NCBI GenBank assembly: GCA_903917735.1
Contig: CAIXBR010000093.1
Location: 72,227 to 136,226, forward strand
DNA length: 64,000 nt
DNA from: an uncultured Elusimicrobia bacterium
Lineage (GTDB): Bacteria; Elusimicrobiota; Elusimicrobia; Elusimicrobiales; UBA9959
Direction: 5' to 3'
A program made the translations under genes and the position numbers. This document shows positions 1-9,242 of the stretch, piece after piece. The notes under the pieces are model-generated. The model was given only the letters and a program-made list of their open reading frames with translations, made no database searches and was not told the DNA's origin. The first letter of the stretch is position 1. Each line of letters opens with the position of its first letter.

Positions 1-362
1 CCGTACTTAAGCCAGCGGCCAAAATAAAAGTTCTTCCTCGGGAGGTTAAACGCCGAAAAGCCGCCGGTTTCCGGGAGGACTTTAAGTTCTTGCGCCAGGA
101 GAGCGGGGATTTCTTCATCCGGGTCCAGGTAAAGCGTCCAGTCACCGGAACACTGATCAAGACCGAACTGTTTGTTGACGTTGATATTAAAATCGTTCGG
201 CTGCTTGAATATTCTTGCGTTGAAGCGCAGAGCTATTTCCATGCTCCCGTCAGTACTGCCGCAATCCACATACACTACCTCATCGGCCCAGGACACGCTC
301 GCAAGGCAGCGCGCAAGGTCCGCTGCATCATTAAAACCGATTACCGACACGGAAATCTTCAT
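1..362 (-). CDS. Glycosyltransferase family 2, N-terminal part (gene runs off the window start)
   Basis: Absent from the ORF track because no stop lies in the window. Own minus-strand translation from ATG 362..360 gives MKISVSVIGFNDAADLARCLASVSWADEVVYVDCGSTDGSMEIALRF...GDWTLYLDPDEE, a GT2-type N-terminus. It replaces plus-strand ORFs 90..386 and 172..453. Confidence 0.7.
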   Translation of the reverse strand, partial: MKISVSVIGFNDAADLARCLASVSWADEVVYVDCGSTDGSMEIALRFNARIFKQPNDFNINVNKQFGLDQCSGDWTLYLDPDEEIPALLAQELKVLPETGGFSAFNLPRKNFYFGRWLKY

Positions 363-449
363 TATGAGCCAATTTTATCATATTAACCGGTTCTTCCATT
401 TAAAAGGGGGAGGCCATTTGGAAGGCGCCGCCTTGGCGCAGGGCAGGAC

Positions 450-1787
450 CTAATCTTCAGGCGGCGCCGTCAGCTGTGAAGCGGACTCCAGGCCGGAAGC
501 CAGGGCCGGCACTATGCCCAGCCTGGTGTACACCGGGTGCACTTTGTCGCGTACCTCGCCCAGCTTGGTGAAAAAAGCCATAGCGCCGGCGATGGACAGC
601 ACGCCGCTGAGCATTATTGTGTGCGGCGCCCCTATGCGGCTGGCCAGCCAGCCGGCCATGATGGTGCCGAACGGGGCCATCCCCATGAAGGCCATGGCGT
701 AAATAGCCATCACCCGCCCGCGCTTATCGTCCTCTACCACGGTCTGGATGATGGTGTTGGAAGAAGCCATCTGGCTTATCATGCCGAAACTGGCCAGCGC
801 TATGCAGGCCGCCGAAACGGGAAAGCTGCGCGACAGGGAAAGAGCTATTATGCCGATCCCGAAAGTAAAGCCGGCCAGCGGTATGCGCCTTTCAAGTCCG
901 GCGGCACTCTTCCTGGAGGCCAGCGTAAGGGCCGCGGTCAGCGCCCCGACTCCGGAAAAAGCCATCAGGAAGCCGAGCGTCCTGGGCCCGCCGCGCAGTA
1001 TCACCTTCACGAAAACCGGCATCAGCACCGTATACGGCATGCCGGTCAGGCTGGTAAGCGCCAGCAGCAGGAGTATGTACCTGATAGGATGGAAATTATA
1101 GGCGTAGCTAAACCCTTCCTTAAGACGCTTAAAAACAGCCTCGCCCAACGGCTGTTTTTTGACGGCAGGGACGTGCATGGCCAGAAGGGCTGCGAGAACG
1201 GCCAGATAGCTTATGCCATTGAGGAGGAAGCACATCCCCTCCCCAACTGCGCTTATCAGGATGCCGGCCATGGAAGGGCCCAGCAGGCGCGCGCCGTTGA
1301 ACATCGAGGAATTCAGCGCTATCGCATTGCCCAGGTCCTCCTTTTTCTCCACCAGTTCAATCACGAAGGACTGGCGCGCCGGGATATCGAAGGAATTCAC
1401 AAAGCCGAGGAAGGAGCTGAGGGCGATTATATGCCAGACCTGCACTTTTCCGGACAGCACCAGGTAAGCCAACGCGAAAGCCTGCAGCATGGCCAGCGTC
1501 TGCGTAACGAGGAGGATCTTATAGCGGTTGACACGGTCGGCCAGCACCCCGGCGAAAGGGGAAAGGATAAAGACGGGGATCTGCGCGCAGAAGCCGACCA
1601 CGCCCAGCAGCAGCGCGGACCCGGTCAGGCTGTAGACCAGCCAGCCCATAGCGATGTTCTGCATCCAAGTGCCTATCAGGGAGATACCCTGGCCCCCGAA
1701 GAAAAGGCGGTAGTTGCGGTACTTGAAAGCCCGCAGTATCAGGGAGAGTTTTGAAGGGCCGGGGCGGCCATCTTCGGGATGCGTCAT
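450..1787 (-). CDS. MFS transporter (EntS/MFS_3-like)
   Basis: 445 aa, about 12 hydrophobic helices. N-terminus ...FKYRNYRLFFGGQGISLIGTWMQNIAMGWLVY is typical of this MFS subfamily. ATGA overlap with the anmK stop. Confidence 0.8.
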   Translation of the reverse strand: MTHPEDGRPGPSKLSLILRAFKYRNYRLFFGGQGISLIGTWMQNIAMGWLVYSLTGSALLLGVVGFCAQIPVFILSPFAGVLADRVNRYKILLVTQTLAMLQAFALAYLVLSGKVQVWHIIALSSFLGFVNSFDIPARQSFVIELVEKKEDLGNAIALNSSMFNGARLLGPSMAGILISAVGEGMCFLLNGISYLAVLAALLAMHVPAVKKQPLGEAVFKRLKEGFSYAYNFHPIRYILLLLALTSLTGMPYTVLMPVFVKVILRGGPRTLGFLMAFSGVGALTAALTLASRKSAAGLERRIPLAGFTFGIGIIALSLSRSFPVSAACIALASFGMISQMASSNTIIQTVVEDDKRGRVMAIYAMAFMGMAPFGTIMAGWLASRIGAPHTIMLSGVLSIAGAMAFFTKLGEVRDKVHPVYTRLGIVPALASGLESASQLTAPPED

Positions 1788-2893
1788 GAGCGGATAATTT
1801 TACCGAGTGTGCGCGCACCGCCGGCGCCGGTGGCGGACGGGCAATGGTTTACGCGGCCTTCCAGGGCCAGCCAGGCCAGCAGGGCGAAGCAGGCCGGTTC
1901 TTTAGCCAGCGGCTGCAGGCCCAGTTCGGAGCAGGACCTTACGTGTACTCCCGAAGGCAGAAGCAGGGCGGAGATATTGTCCATCAATACCGGATTAAGC
2001 GCCCCGCCACCGCTGATTATAAGCTCGCGGGTTCCGCGCGGAGCGTAAGTTCTGAAAGCGAGCGCGATGGACGCTGCGGTAAAAAGGTTCAGCGTGGCCA
2101 GCAGGCCGCCGGAACAGCGCCGGTTGAACTGCCCCGGGAAGTGCTTTTTGATAAAGCCCAGCGTGAATTCGCTGCGGTCCAGCGACTTGGGCGGCTTACT
2201 CCGGAAGAAAGGGGCTTCCAGCAGTTTATAGACTTTTGCCAGGTCGGGGGTCCCGCCGGCGGCCCAGGCGCCGTCCTTGTCATAGGCCAGTTTTCCGCCG
2301 GAGAGCTCACTGACGGCCGTATCCATGAGCGAGTTGCCGGGGCCGGTATCAAAGCCGAAGGTCTTAACGCCTTTCCCGACGAAAGCGATATTGCCGACAC
2401 CGCCGATGTTCTGCAGAGCCGCAGGCTCCCCCCCGCCGTACAGGTATTCGTCCATGAAAGGGATCAGAGGCGCGCCCTCGCCGCCGGCTGCCATGTCGGC
2501 CGGGCGGAAGTCGCAGACCACGGGGCGGCGGGTCTCCTCGGCGATGAAAGAAGCCTCGCCTATCTGCAGGGTATGACCTTTAGCTCCGGGAGCATGCCAG
2601 ACGGTCTGCCCGTGGGAGCCGATAACGGCGATATCCTTGTAGGCGATGCGGTTCTTTTTACAGAAAGCTTTCACCATGCCGGCCCACAGGCGGCCCAGCT
2701 CGAAATTAAGCGCTGAGAGCTCCTGTGCCTTCATGCCCCTGGCCGCGATTATTCTGGCCTGGAGGGCTGGCGAATAGGAATAATTGCCGAAAACTTTAAC
2801 CGTCAGGGAGCGCCCTCCGGCTTCGCAAAGCGCTATTGAAAGCCCATCGGCGGAAGTACCGCTCATCAGGCCCATTATGGTTGTCTTTTTCAT
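1784..2893 (-). CDS. anmK: Anhydro-N-acetylmuramic acid kinase
   Basis: 369 aa. N-terminal GLMSGTSADGLSIAL (AnmK MSGTSxDG motif) and ASKHA-fold length. Overlaps the NUDIX stop by 1 nt. Confidence 0.85.
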   Translation of the reverse strand: MKKTTIMGLMSGTSADGLSIALCEAGGRSLTVKVFGNYSYSPALQARIIAARGMKAQELSALNFELGRLWAGMVKAFCKKNRIAYKDIAVIGSHGQTVWHAPGAKGHTLQIGEASFIAEETRRPVVCDFRPADMAAGGEGAPLIPFMDEYLYGGGEPAALQNIGGVGNIAFVGKGVKTFGFDTGPGNSLMDTAVSELSGGKLAYDKDGAWAAGGTPDLAKVYKLLEAPFFRSKPPKSLDRSEFTLGFIKKHFPGQFNRRCSGGLLATLNLFTAASIALAFRTYAPRGTRELIISGGGALNPVLMDNISALLLPSGVHVRSCSELGLQPLAKEPACFALLAWLALEGRVNHCPSATGAGGARTLGKIIRS

Positions 2894-3351
2894 CAGTATT
2901 TTTCCACGCTGTATTTGGCAAGCCGGCCGTTCCTGTATTGGAATTTTCCGGAGAAATGTCCTCTGCGCTTCAGCAGGGGCAGAAAAAATTTATCCCCCTC
3001 CCACAGGTTCAGATGCAGCAGGTCGCGGTCCTTTATCCAGGCCAGGTTCCCCTCGTCCGAGTCCGACAACCGGCCCGTAAATTTAGAAGCGGTAAAAACG
3101 AAAACATACCAGTCCTCGCCTTTGGCGAAATCCGGGAAAGTCAGCACGCCCTTCAATACCGGAGCTTTTATTTTTAACCCGGCTTCCTCGAAGATCTCCC
3201 GCTTTACGCAGTCCTCTGGGCTTTCCCCGGGCTCAAACTTGCCACCCAGGCCGTTCCATTTCCCTTCATGTACATCATCCGGCTTCTTAACGCGGTGCAG
3301 CATCAGCGTGCGGCCGTTCTTCTTTACGTAGCAAAGGGTAGCGAGTTTCAT
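2893..3351 (-). CDS. NUDIX hydrolase (MutT-like)
   Basis: 152 aa with Nudix box GLGGKFEPGESPEDCVKREIFEEAGL (GX5EX7REUXEEXGU). Confidence 0.85.
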   Translation of the reverse strand: MKLATLCYVKKNGRTLMLHRVKKPDDVHEGKWNGLGGKFEPGESPEDCVKREIFEEAGLKIKAPVLKGVLTFPDFAKGEDWYVFVFTASKFTGRLSDSDEGNLAWIKDRDLLHLNLWEGDKFFLPLLKRRGHFSGKFQYRNGRLAKYSVEKY

Positions 3352-3356
3352 GCTTT

Positions 3357-4283
3357 CTATTTAATATCTTCAAACAGCCATGTGCTGAGATAGCGCTCGC
3401 CGGTATCGGGAAGCACTACTACTATCGTTTTGCCGGCGCTCTGCGGCCTTATGGCTATTTCCGCCGCCGCATGCATGGCCGCGCCGGAGGAGATCCCGGC
3501 CATTATCCCTTCTTCAGTCATCAGGCGGCGCGCCATCGCCCCGGCCGACGCCTCATCCACAGGTATTACTTCGTCCAGCAGCGCGCGGTCAACGTTGCCG
3601 GGGATGAAATTCGCGCCTATGCCCTGTATCTTGTGCGGCCCGGCCTTGCCGCCGGAGAGCAGCGGCGAGGCGGCGGGCTCCACGGCTACGATCCTGACTC
3701 CGGGCTTCAGTTTCTTAAGCGCCCTGGCGATCCCTGTTATAGTGCCGCCGGTGCCGACGCCGGCCACCACAATGTCCGCTTTCCCCTCTGTATCGTCCCA
3801 GATCTCCACGGCTGTGGTCCGCTCGTGAATGGCCGGGTTGGCCGGATTGGAGAACTGCCTGGGCATGAAAGCCCCCGGCATGGCGGCCAATATTTCCTCG
3901 GCCTTCGCTACCGTCCCGGCCATGCCTGCGGGACCGGGGGTAAGGACCAGCTCGGCGCCGAAAGCCTTAAGTATGCGCCGCCGCTCCACGCTCATGGTCT
4001 CGGGCATGGTAAGTATGAGCTTATACCCCCTAATAGCGCAGAGCCAGGCCAGGCCTATGCCCGTATTACCGCTGGTGGGCTCCACCACCACCGCTCCCGG
4101 TTTCAGCAGCCCGCGGTCCTCGGCGTCCTTTATCATACCGAAAGCGGCACGGTCCTTTACGCTGGAGGAAGGGTTGAAGAACTCGAGTTTGGCCAGCAGC
4201 AGGGAGGATTTCCCCGCCAGCCGGTTTATTTTTACTAGCGGTGTGCGGCCTATCAGGCCGCTCATATCTTGAGCGTATTTCAT
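3357..4283 (-). CDS. cysK: Cysteine synthase A (O-acetylserine sulfhydrylase)
   Basis: 308 aa. PLP-lysine motif [19 protein letters not shown] and [10 protein letters not shown] loops. Confidence 0.9.
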   Translation of the reverse strand: MKYAQDMSGLIGRTPLVKINRLAGKSSLLLAKLEFFNPSSSVKDRAAFGMIKDAEDRGLLKPGAVVVEPTSGNTGIGLAWLCAIRGYKLILTMPETMSVERRRILKAFGAELVLTPGPAGMAGTVAKAEEILAAMPGAFMPRQFSNPANPAIHERTTAVEIWDDTEGKADIVVAGVGTGGTITGIARALKKLKPGVRIVAVEPAASPLLSGGKAGPHKIQGIGANFIPGNVDRALLDEVIPVDEASAGAMARRLMTEEGIMAGISSGAAMHAAAEIAIRPQSAGKTIVVVLPDTGERYLSTWLFEDIK

Positions 4284-4900
4284 TTTGCGGCCAGTTCCTT
4301 TTTTAGTTCGTCGATCTCGGCCTGCACGCGGCGCATTTCCTCGCTGCAGTAGTCGGGCAGTTTATTGTGGTCAAGCTGTTGGCGGGCGGGAGCGCCGCCG
4401 CTGCCGCTGTGCGCCGGCACGCCGAAAACGGTAGTATCCGGCGGCACTTCATGCAGCACCACGGAACCGGCTCCTATCCTGGAGCGGTCGCCTATTTTTA
4501 TCGCGCCCAGTATGGTAGCCCCGGCCCCTACCACCACGCCGTTACCGAGGGTAGGATGGCGCTTCTTCTGTTCCAAAGAGGTGCCGCCAAGCACCACGCC
4601 CTGATAAAGCAGCACATCGTTGCCTATCTCCGTGGTCTCCCCTATCACCACCCCCATACCGTGGTCTATGAAGAAGCGGCGGCCTATTTTAGCGCCGGGG
4701 TGTATATCAACACCGGTCAGGAAGCGCGCGATATACGACAGAAAACGGGCCGGAAAATAGAAGCCCTTTTCCCACAGCCAGTGAGCGGCCCGGAAAAGCC
4801 AGATGGCGTGCAGGCCCGGATAGCAGAAAAGTATCTCCGCCGTGCTCCTGGCGGCCGGGTCTTTTTCAAAAACTGTCTTTATATCTTCGGTAAGGCTCAT
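4280..4900 (-). CDS. cysE: Serine O-acetyltransferase
   Basis: 206 aa. CysE pattern [29 protein letters not shown] plus hexapeptide repeats. ATGA overlap with the cysK start. Confidence 0.9.
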   Translation of the reverse strand: MSLTEDIKTVFEKDPAARSTAEILFCYPGLHAIWLFRAAHWLWEKGFYFPARFLSYIARFLTGVDIHPGAKIGRRFFIDHGMGVVIGETTEIGNDVLLYQGVVLGGTSLEQKKRHPTLGNGVVVGAGATILGAIKIGDRSRIGAGSVVLHEVPPDTTVFGVPAHSGSGGAPARQQLDHNKLPDYCSEEMRRVQAEIDELKKELAAK

Positions 4901-5112
4901 TTTTTCCTTTGGTACAGCCCGGTCAGGGCGGCTTTCCCCAGCGCATGGCCGTCCAGGTAATCTTCAGGCCTGGCCTGGCCGCCGGCGTAGGTGTCCACTC
5001 TCAGCGCGTAAAGCGTAAAAATGTAGCGGTGTCTCCCGGAAGGAGGGCAGGGCCCTAAATAGCCGGCCAGCGCGGCAGCGGCGCAAAGAGATATGAGCAG
5101 CCTTTTTGCCAT
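4897..5112 (-). pseudogene. Truncated YbhB/YbcL (PEBP) family remnant: signal peptide fused to the C-terminal motif only
   Basis: From ATG 5112 (GGAGG 8 nt upstream) the product is 71 aa: MAKRLLISLCAAAALAGYLGPCPPSGRHRYIFTLYALRVD... This carries the PEBP GPxPPxGxHRYxFxLYAL block, but the roughly 90 N-terminal residues of the domain are absent. No room remains upstream because argF starts at 5197. Confidence 0.6.
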
Positions 5113-5196
5113 AAGTTTGCCTCCCCGTTTTTTCTCCCCCCGCACAAAAGTATTATATAATTTTTATATTGCACAACCCGCTTAAGGAGAATTAAA

Positions 5197-6201
5197 ATGG
5201 GATTCAATCTTAGAGACAGGCACTTCCTAAAAGAACTCGACTTTACGAAAGAAGAACTGGTTTTCCTGCTGAACTTATCCAAAGAACTCAAAGCCGCGAA
5301 ATACGCCGGCACCGAACAGCCCAGACTGAACGGCAAGAACATAGCCCTGATCTTCGAAAAGACCTCCACCCGCACGCGCTGCGCTTTCGAAGTGGCCGCG
5401 CACGACCAGGGAGCCCATGTCACCTACCTTGAACCTTCGGGCAGCCAGATGGGCCACAAGGAGACGGTAAAGGACACCGCCCGCGTATTGGGCAGGATGT
5501 ACGACGGCATCGAATACCGCGGTTTCGGTCAGGCGATAGTTGAAGAACTGGCCAAGTACGCCGGGGTTCCCGTGTGGAACGGCCTGACGAACGAATGGCA
5601 CCCCACCCAGATGATGGCCGACGTGCTGACCATGACCGAGCACTGCCCGAAGCCGCTCGAGAAGATCTCCTACGCCTACCTGGGCGACGCCAGGTTCAAC
5701 ATGGGCCGCTCGCTGCTGGTGATAGGCTCTATCCTGGGCATGGACGTGCGCATCGGCGCCCCGAAAGTACTGCAGCCCGAAGCTGAACTGATAGCGGCCT
5801 GCAGGGAGATAGCGAAAGGCTCCGGCGCCCGCATTACCGTTACCGACAAGGTGGACCAGGCCGTGAAAGGCGTGGATTTCATACATACCGACGTCTGGGT
5901 CTCCATGGGCGAACCCAAGGAAGTCTGGGCGGAACGCATAAAGCTGCTGAAGCCCTACCAGGTCACCCCCGCGACGATGAAGAAATCCGGCAACAAGAAC
6001 GTGAAATTCATGCACTGCCTGCCCGCTTTCCATAACGCGGACACCAAAGTGGGCAAACAGGTCTCCGAGCAGTTCGGCCTGAAGAACGGCATAGAGGTTA
6101 CCGAAGAGGTGTTCGAGTCGAAAGCCTGCATCGCCTTCGACCAGGCGGAGAACCGCATGCACACAATCAAAGCCGTAATGGTCGCGACCCTCGGGCGCTG
6201 A
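5197..6201 (+). CDS. argF: Ornithine carbamoyltransferase
   Basis: 334 aa. [13 protein letters not shown] and HCLPAFH motifs. Near-colinear with E. coli ArgI/ArgF from memory. AAGGAG SD 8 nt upstream. Confidence 0.92.
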   Translation: MGFNLRDRHFLKELDFTKEELVFLLNLSKELKAAKYAGTEQPRLNGKNIALIFEKTSTRTRCAFEVAAHDQGAHVTYLEPSGSQMGHKETVKDTARVLGRMYDGIEYRGFGQAIVEELAKYAGVPVWNGLTNEWHPTQMMADVLTMTEHCPKPLEKISYAYLGDARFNMGRSLLVIGSILGMDVRIGAPKVLQPEAELIAACREIAKGSGARITVTDKVDQAVKGVDFIHTDVWVSMGEPKEVWAERIKLLKPYQVTPATMKKSGNKNVKFMHCLPAFHNADTKVGKQVSEQFGLKNGIEVTEEVFESKACIAFDQAENRMHTIKAVMVATLGR

Positions 6202-6233
6202 TACGACCAAGCGGGAGCATTGCAGCGATAAAA

Positions 6234-6261
6234 GGCCGGGGCTTGTCCCGGCCTTTTATTT
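6234..6261 (+). terminator. Rho-independent terminator after argF
   Basis: GGCCGGG-gcttgt-CCCGGCC hairpin followed by TTTTATTT. Confidence 0.75.
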
Positions 6262-6433
6262 CAGGACGGGTATATTCCTTTTTTAACACGGAACAAAGTC
6301 CTCCTTGCCGGAACTTGATGTTGCTAAAACACTTCGCCTACCGCTATAATAACAATACTTGCGCAGGCGCTTATAAGCGGCAGCAGCAAGGCAAAATACA
6401 TCCACAGGGCTGGAACTTTTCGCGGTTAGATCG

Positions 6434-7495
6434 ATGATATTCCCCAACATGACCGACAACATTCCCGTTAACGATTTAAACGGTTTTTTGCCGCCAGTAC
6501 GGATCAAAGTGAAGGCGATAGCGGTATTTATTGAAAAAAAGCCTTTCTTCGGAGCTACTCTCGTTAATATCCCGTTCCTGCACGCCCTGCGCGGGCTATA
6601 CCCGGGAACAAAGATAGTGGTTCTCTCTACGGAGCCGGCCGCGGAACTGCTGGCCAAAGCCGGAGTTGCGGACGAGTTCATCCTATACAAATGGGATTTC
6701 TTCGGCATAAGGCACACGCTGCGCGACATCTCCCCGGAGCTAGTGTTCGTGCTGCGCCCGGCGTCGCGCGGGCTGGACCTGGCGGTGGCCTCCTGCCACA
6801 TTCCCGAATCCGCCAGTTTTTATTCCTGGCTCGGCCGGCTGCTGTACTCGCGCATCGTGCCGCATAACAACGCCATATACCGGGCCCGCAAGTTCATGAC
6901 CCTTGTAATGGAACCGGCGGCTGCCAGGACCGCGCCGCTTGACGGGTGGTTCCGCGGGGCGGCGGCCCGCGCCGGGCTTTCCACTTCTTCCTGGGGCCGC
7001 ACGCTGGCGGTACTGCCCGGCGGCGGCGACGGGGCATACAAACTCTGGGGAGAGGAGAACTATCTTAAGCTGTGCGCCGACCTGGCCAGGCGCGATCCTG
7101 AATTGAGTTTTACCTGGATACTCGGACCGCAGGAAGCCGGGCTGGGGAAAAAGATAGCGGCCTCCGGCCTGGCCTCTAGATCGCGTATTTTATCTAACGC
7201 CAGTCTGCCGGACCTGGCGGCCGCGGCTTTCGCCTCGGCCGGAGCCGTCGGCAACGACTGCGGGCCGGCGCATCTCTTCCAGATGTGCGGCTGCCCGTTC
7301 ATCTGCGTCATGAGCGACGATACCGGCGTTATGCCGCAAGATATCGGGCGCGGCGCGCTCTGCGCAGCTGAATGGGTGGACGCCCCAAACCGGGCTTTTA
7401 TAGCCTTTAGCCGCCCCGGAGAACACATTTCTACCGTAAAAGTCGGGACAGTGCTGGACCTGGTCCTTAAAAGGCTTCCGCCCGTTAAAAGCTAA
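6434..7495 (+). CDS. Glycosyltransferase family 9 (heptosyltransferase-like)
   Basis: 353 aa. C-terminal GNDCGPAHLFQMCGCP resembles the GT9 GNDSGPMHLA motif, and the overall length fits. Confidence 0.6.
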   Translation: MIFPNMTDNIPVNDLNGFLPPVRIKVKAIAVFIEKKPFFGATLVNIPFLHALRGLYPGTKIVVLSTEPAAELLAKAGVADEFILYKWDFFGIRHTLRDISPELVFVLRPASRGLDLAVASCHIPESASFYSWLGRLLYSRIVPHNNAIYRARKFMTLVMEPAAARTAPLDGWFRGAAARAGLSTSSWGRTLAVLPGGGDGAYKLWGEENYLKLCADLARRDPELSFTWILGPQEAGLGKKIAASGLASRSRILSNASLPDLAAAAFASAGAVGNDCGPAHLFQMCGCPFICVMSDDTGVMPQDIGRGALCAAEWVDAPNRAFIAFSRPGEHISTVKVGTVLDLVLKRLPPVKS

Positions 7496-7520
7496 CGGAC
7501 ATCCTCCGACATTGACAATG

Positions 7521-7550
7521 AAAAAGGCCGGGAACGCTCCCGGCCTTTTT
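7521..7550. terminator. Bidirectional terminator between convergent genes
   Basis: AAAAA-GGCCGGGA-acgc-TCCCGGCC-TTTTT. The A and T runs flank an 8-bp GC stem. Confidence 0.75.
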
Positions 7551-7568
7551 CGTCAGCACCCGCCAGAA

Positions 7569-8453
7569 CTACAGCGTGTAGATATTAAGCACGCCGCCCT
7601 GCAGCATGAAGCCGTAGCGGTCCTCGAAAGAAGGGTACGCGGCGCCGGCTGGCTTTATGTCGGAAGCGTTAAGGATGAAGTACGAGGAGGCGTCCACCAC
7701 AGGGAACGGCAGCATCAGCACCAGCATCTTGTCGGTGAATTTGGCGCCCTGCGGGCCCTGCACTATCTCGTTGCCGTAGGCAAGTTTGTAGATCTTCGAA
7801 AGCGTCACGTCCACGCCTTTCTGAGCTACGGCGTCGCCTACAGCTTGCAGCGTGCTGTTAAGCGCCACGCCGCGGGGCCCCTTGACCTCGATCTTGCTGT
7901 CCGCCGGGGTAGAGGCGTTGGCATAGATCTTCACCACGTAGCTCTCGCCGTCTATCGTCACGGTCTTGGAGCCGCTGTAGAGGAAGCCCCAGTTGAGTAT
8001 TTCCACGGCCCTCACGAAATAACTCTGGTTCTTATCGGTGGTGAGCACCAGGAAGAACTTCTCCTTATCTTTGCAGGAATTCCCGCCGTCCGGGCAATTG
8101 GAAGCTTTGGTGCCGCTCACGTGCACGACCGTGCCCGCTCCGGTGGTGAAGGTCACTGAGGGTTTAAGGTACGCGTTCCGTATCGTTTCCAGGGTGATGG
8201 AGAACACCGGCTGACTTATCCCCTTTTCCTGGAAGAGCGGCGCAGGCCTGGGGGTTTTAGCGTAGCCAAAATAGCTAAAAATGTCTATGTCGGGCGCCGC
8301 CTGTCCGGCTGCGGCGGCCGCCGCAGCGGCAGGCACCGGAACCAGGCCGGGCTGTACGGTCCCCAGTTCATCGATGGCCGACTCCGCCGCCGAAGCGGAG
8401 CAGACAAGGCCGAGAGTCAAAAGCCAAGCCGAGGCAAAAGCGATAGTCTTCAT
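7569..8453 (-). CDS. Hypothetical secreted protein
   Basis: 294 aa. Signal peptide MKTIAFASAWLLTLGLVCSASAAES, poly-Ala linker, beta-rich remainder. No family recognised. Confidence 0.55.
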   Translation of the reverse strand: MKTIAFASAWLLTLGLVCSASAAESAIDELGTVQPGLVPVPAAAAAAAAGQAAPDIDIFSYFGYAKTPRPAPLFQEKGISQPVFSITLETIRNAYLKPSVTFTTGAGTVVHVSGTKASNCPDGGNSCKDKEKFFLVLTTDKNQSYFVRAVEILNWGFLYSGSKTVTIDGESYVVKIYANASTPADSKIEVKGPRGVALNSTLQAVGDAVAQKGVDVTLSKIYKLAYGNEIVQGPQGAKFTDKMLVLMLPFPVVDASSYFILNASDIKPAGAAYPSFEDRYGFMLQGGVLNIYTL

Positions 8454-8569
8454 TTTAATGCTCCTTGGAACAGGCGTCTACCCTGCTTTATAATTTATAG
8501 CACAGGACAGCCGCCGGCGCAAGGCCCTTAAGTCTTGGCCGCGCCTGGGCCCGAAGACCTATGCCCGCC

Positions 8570-9189
8570 CTATCTTACCTGCGGCTTGAATCCTGACATA
8601 AAAAGCAGCAGCTCCGCCGGCCCTATGGCTTTCACGGTGCGCACCTCGCGCACCATAAGGAACAGCGGTATAACGGCCAGCGCCCTCAGGAAAGCGGAGA
8701 TCGCCAGCAGGAAAATAAAAGCGCTTCCCCACAGGGCGGGAAGGCGTTCGTAAAGCCAGCCGCCGGTAAGCGCGCCGCCGAACTGGGCTATGCCGTTGGT
8801 AAAACTGAAGAAGGCGTTATAACCCGCTCTGGAATGGGGCGGGATGGTTTCGTAGATAAAGTTATTCATCCCTATCAGGAAAAGCCGCACGGAACGGAAG
8901 AAGGACGGCAGCGGCCGCGGCAAAAAGTGAAAGGGCTTGTATGAAGACGTTCAGCAGTATGGCTTTTTTGCAGCTGCCAAGGCCGCGCACCAGCCGCTCG
9001 CTGAAGAACTGAAAGAAAGAGGAAACCAGCGAAAGGCACGGAGCGCAGCACGCCCACGCCCATGGTGGAAGCGCCCAGCGCCATGGCGAAGGGCACGGCA
9101 TAGGGGTCGGAGAACCCGCTCATGGTGGCCCAGGCCACGCCATCTTTTATGGAGGCTCTTACGCTGGTTTTTACTCGCTGCTTTTGCAT
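8570..9189 (-). pseudogene. MFS-like 6-TM remnant, split over three frames
   Basis: Three overlapping minus ORFs (9189.., 9101.., 8923..) read as one MFS-like sequence if one base is skipped near 9033..9040 and again near 8886..8909. That gives about 205 aa, half the normal 12-TM length. Confidence 0.5.
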
Positions 9190-9242
9190 GTTGTTGATAA
9201 ATTATATAAATTATGCCTGTTTGGGGATTCAAAGGGGGCGGC

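Noticed and set aside
90-453. Plus-strand ORFs 90..386 and 172..453 at the window start.
   Set aside because: The minus strand of the same region translates into a clean GT2 glycosyltransferase N-terminus starting at ATG 362. The plus-strand products have no recognisable features.
5140-5196. ARG-box (ArgR operator) or consensus promoter in the AT-rich argF upstream region (gtattatataatttttatattgcac).
   Set aside because: A TATAAT hexamer (5156..5161) is present. There is no acceptable -35 at 16-18 nt and no match to the TGAAT-N8-ATTCA ARG-box pattern, so the support is too weak to report as a feature.
7512-7517. TTGACA hexamer between the GT9 gene and the secreted-protein gene. A second TTGACA lies on the minus strand about 90 nt upstream of the NRPS-like start (about 54575).
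   Set aside because: No -10-like hexamer lies 16-18 nt downstream in either case. The first sits inside a terminator region.
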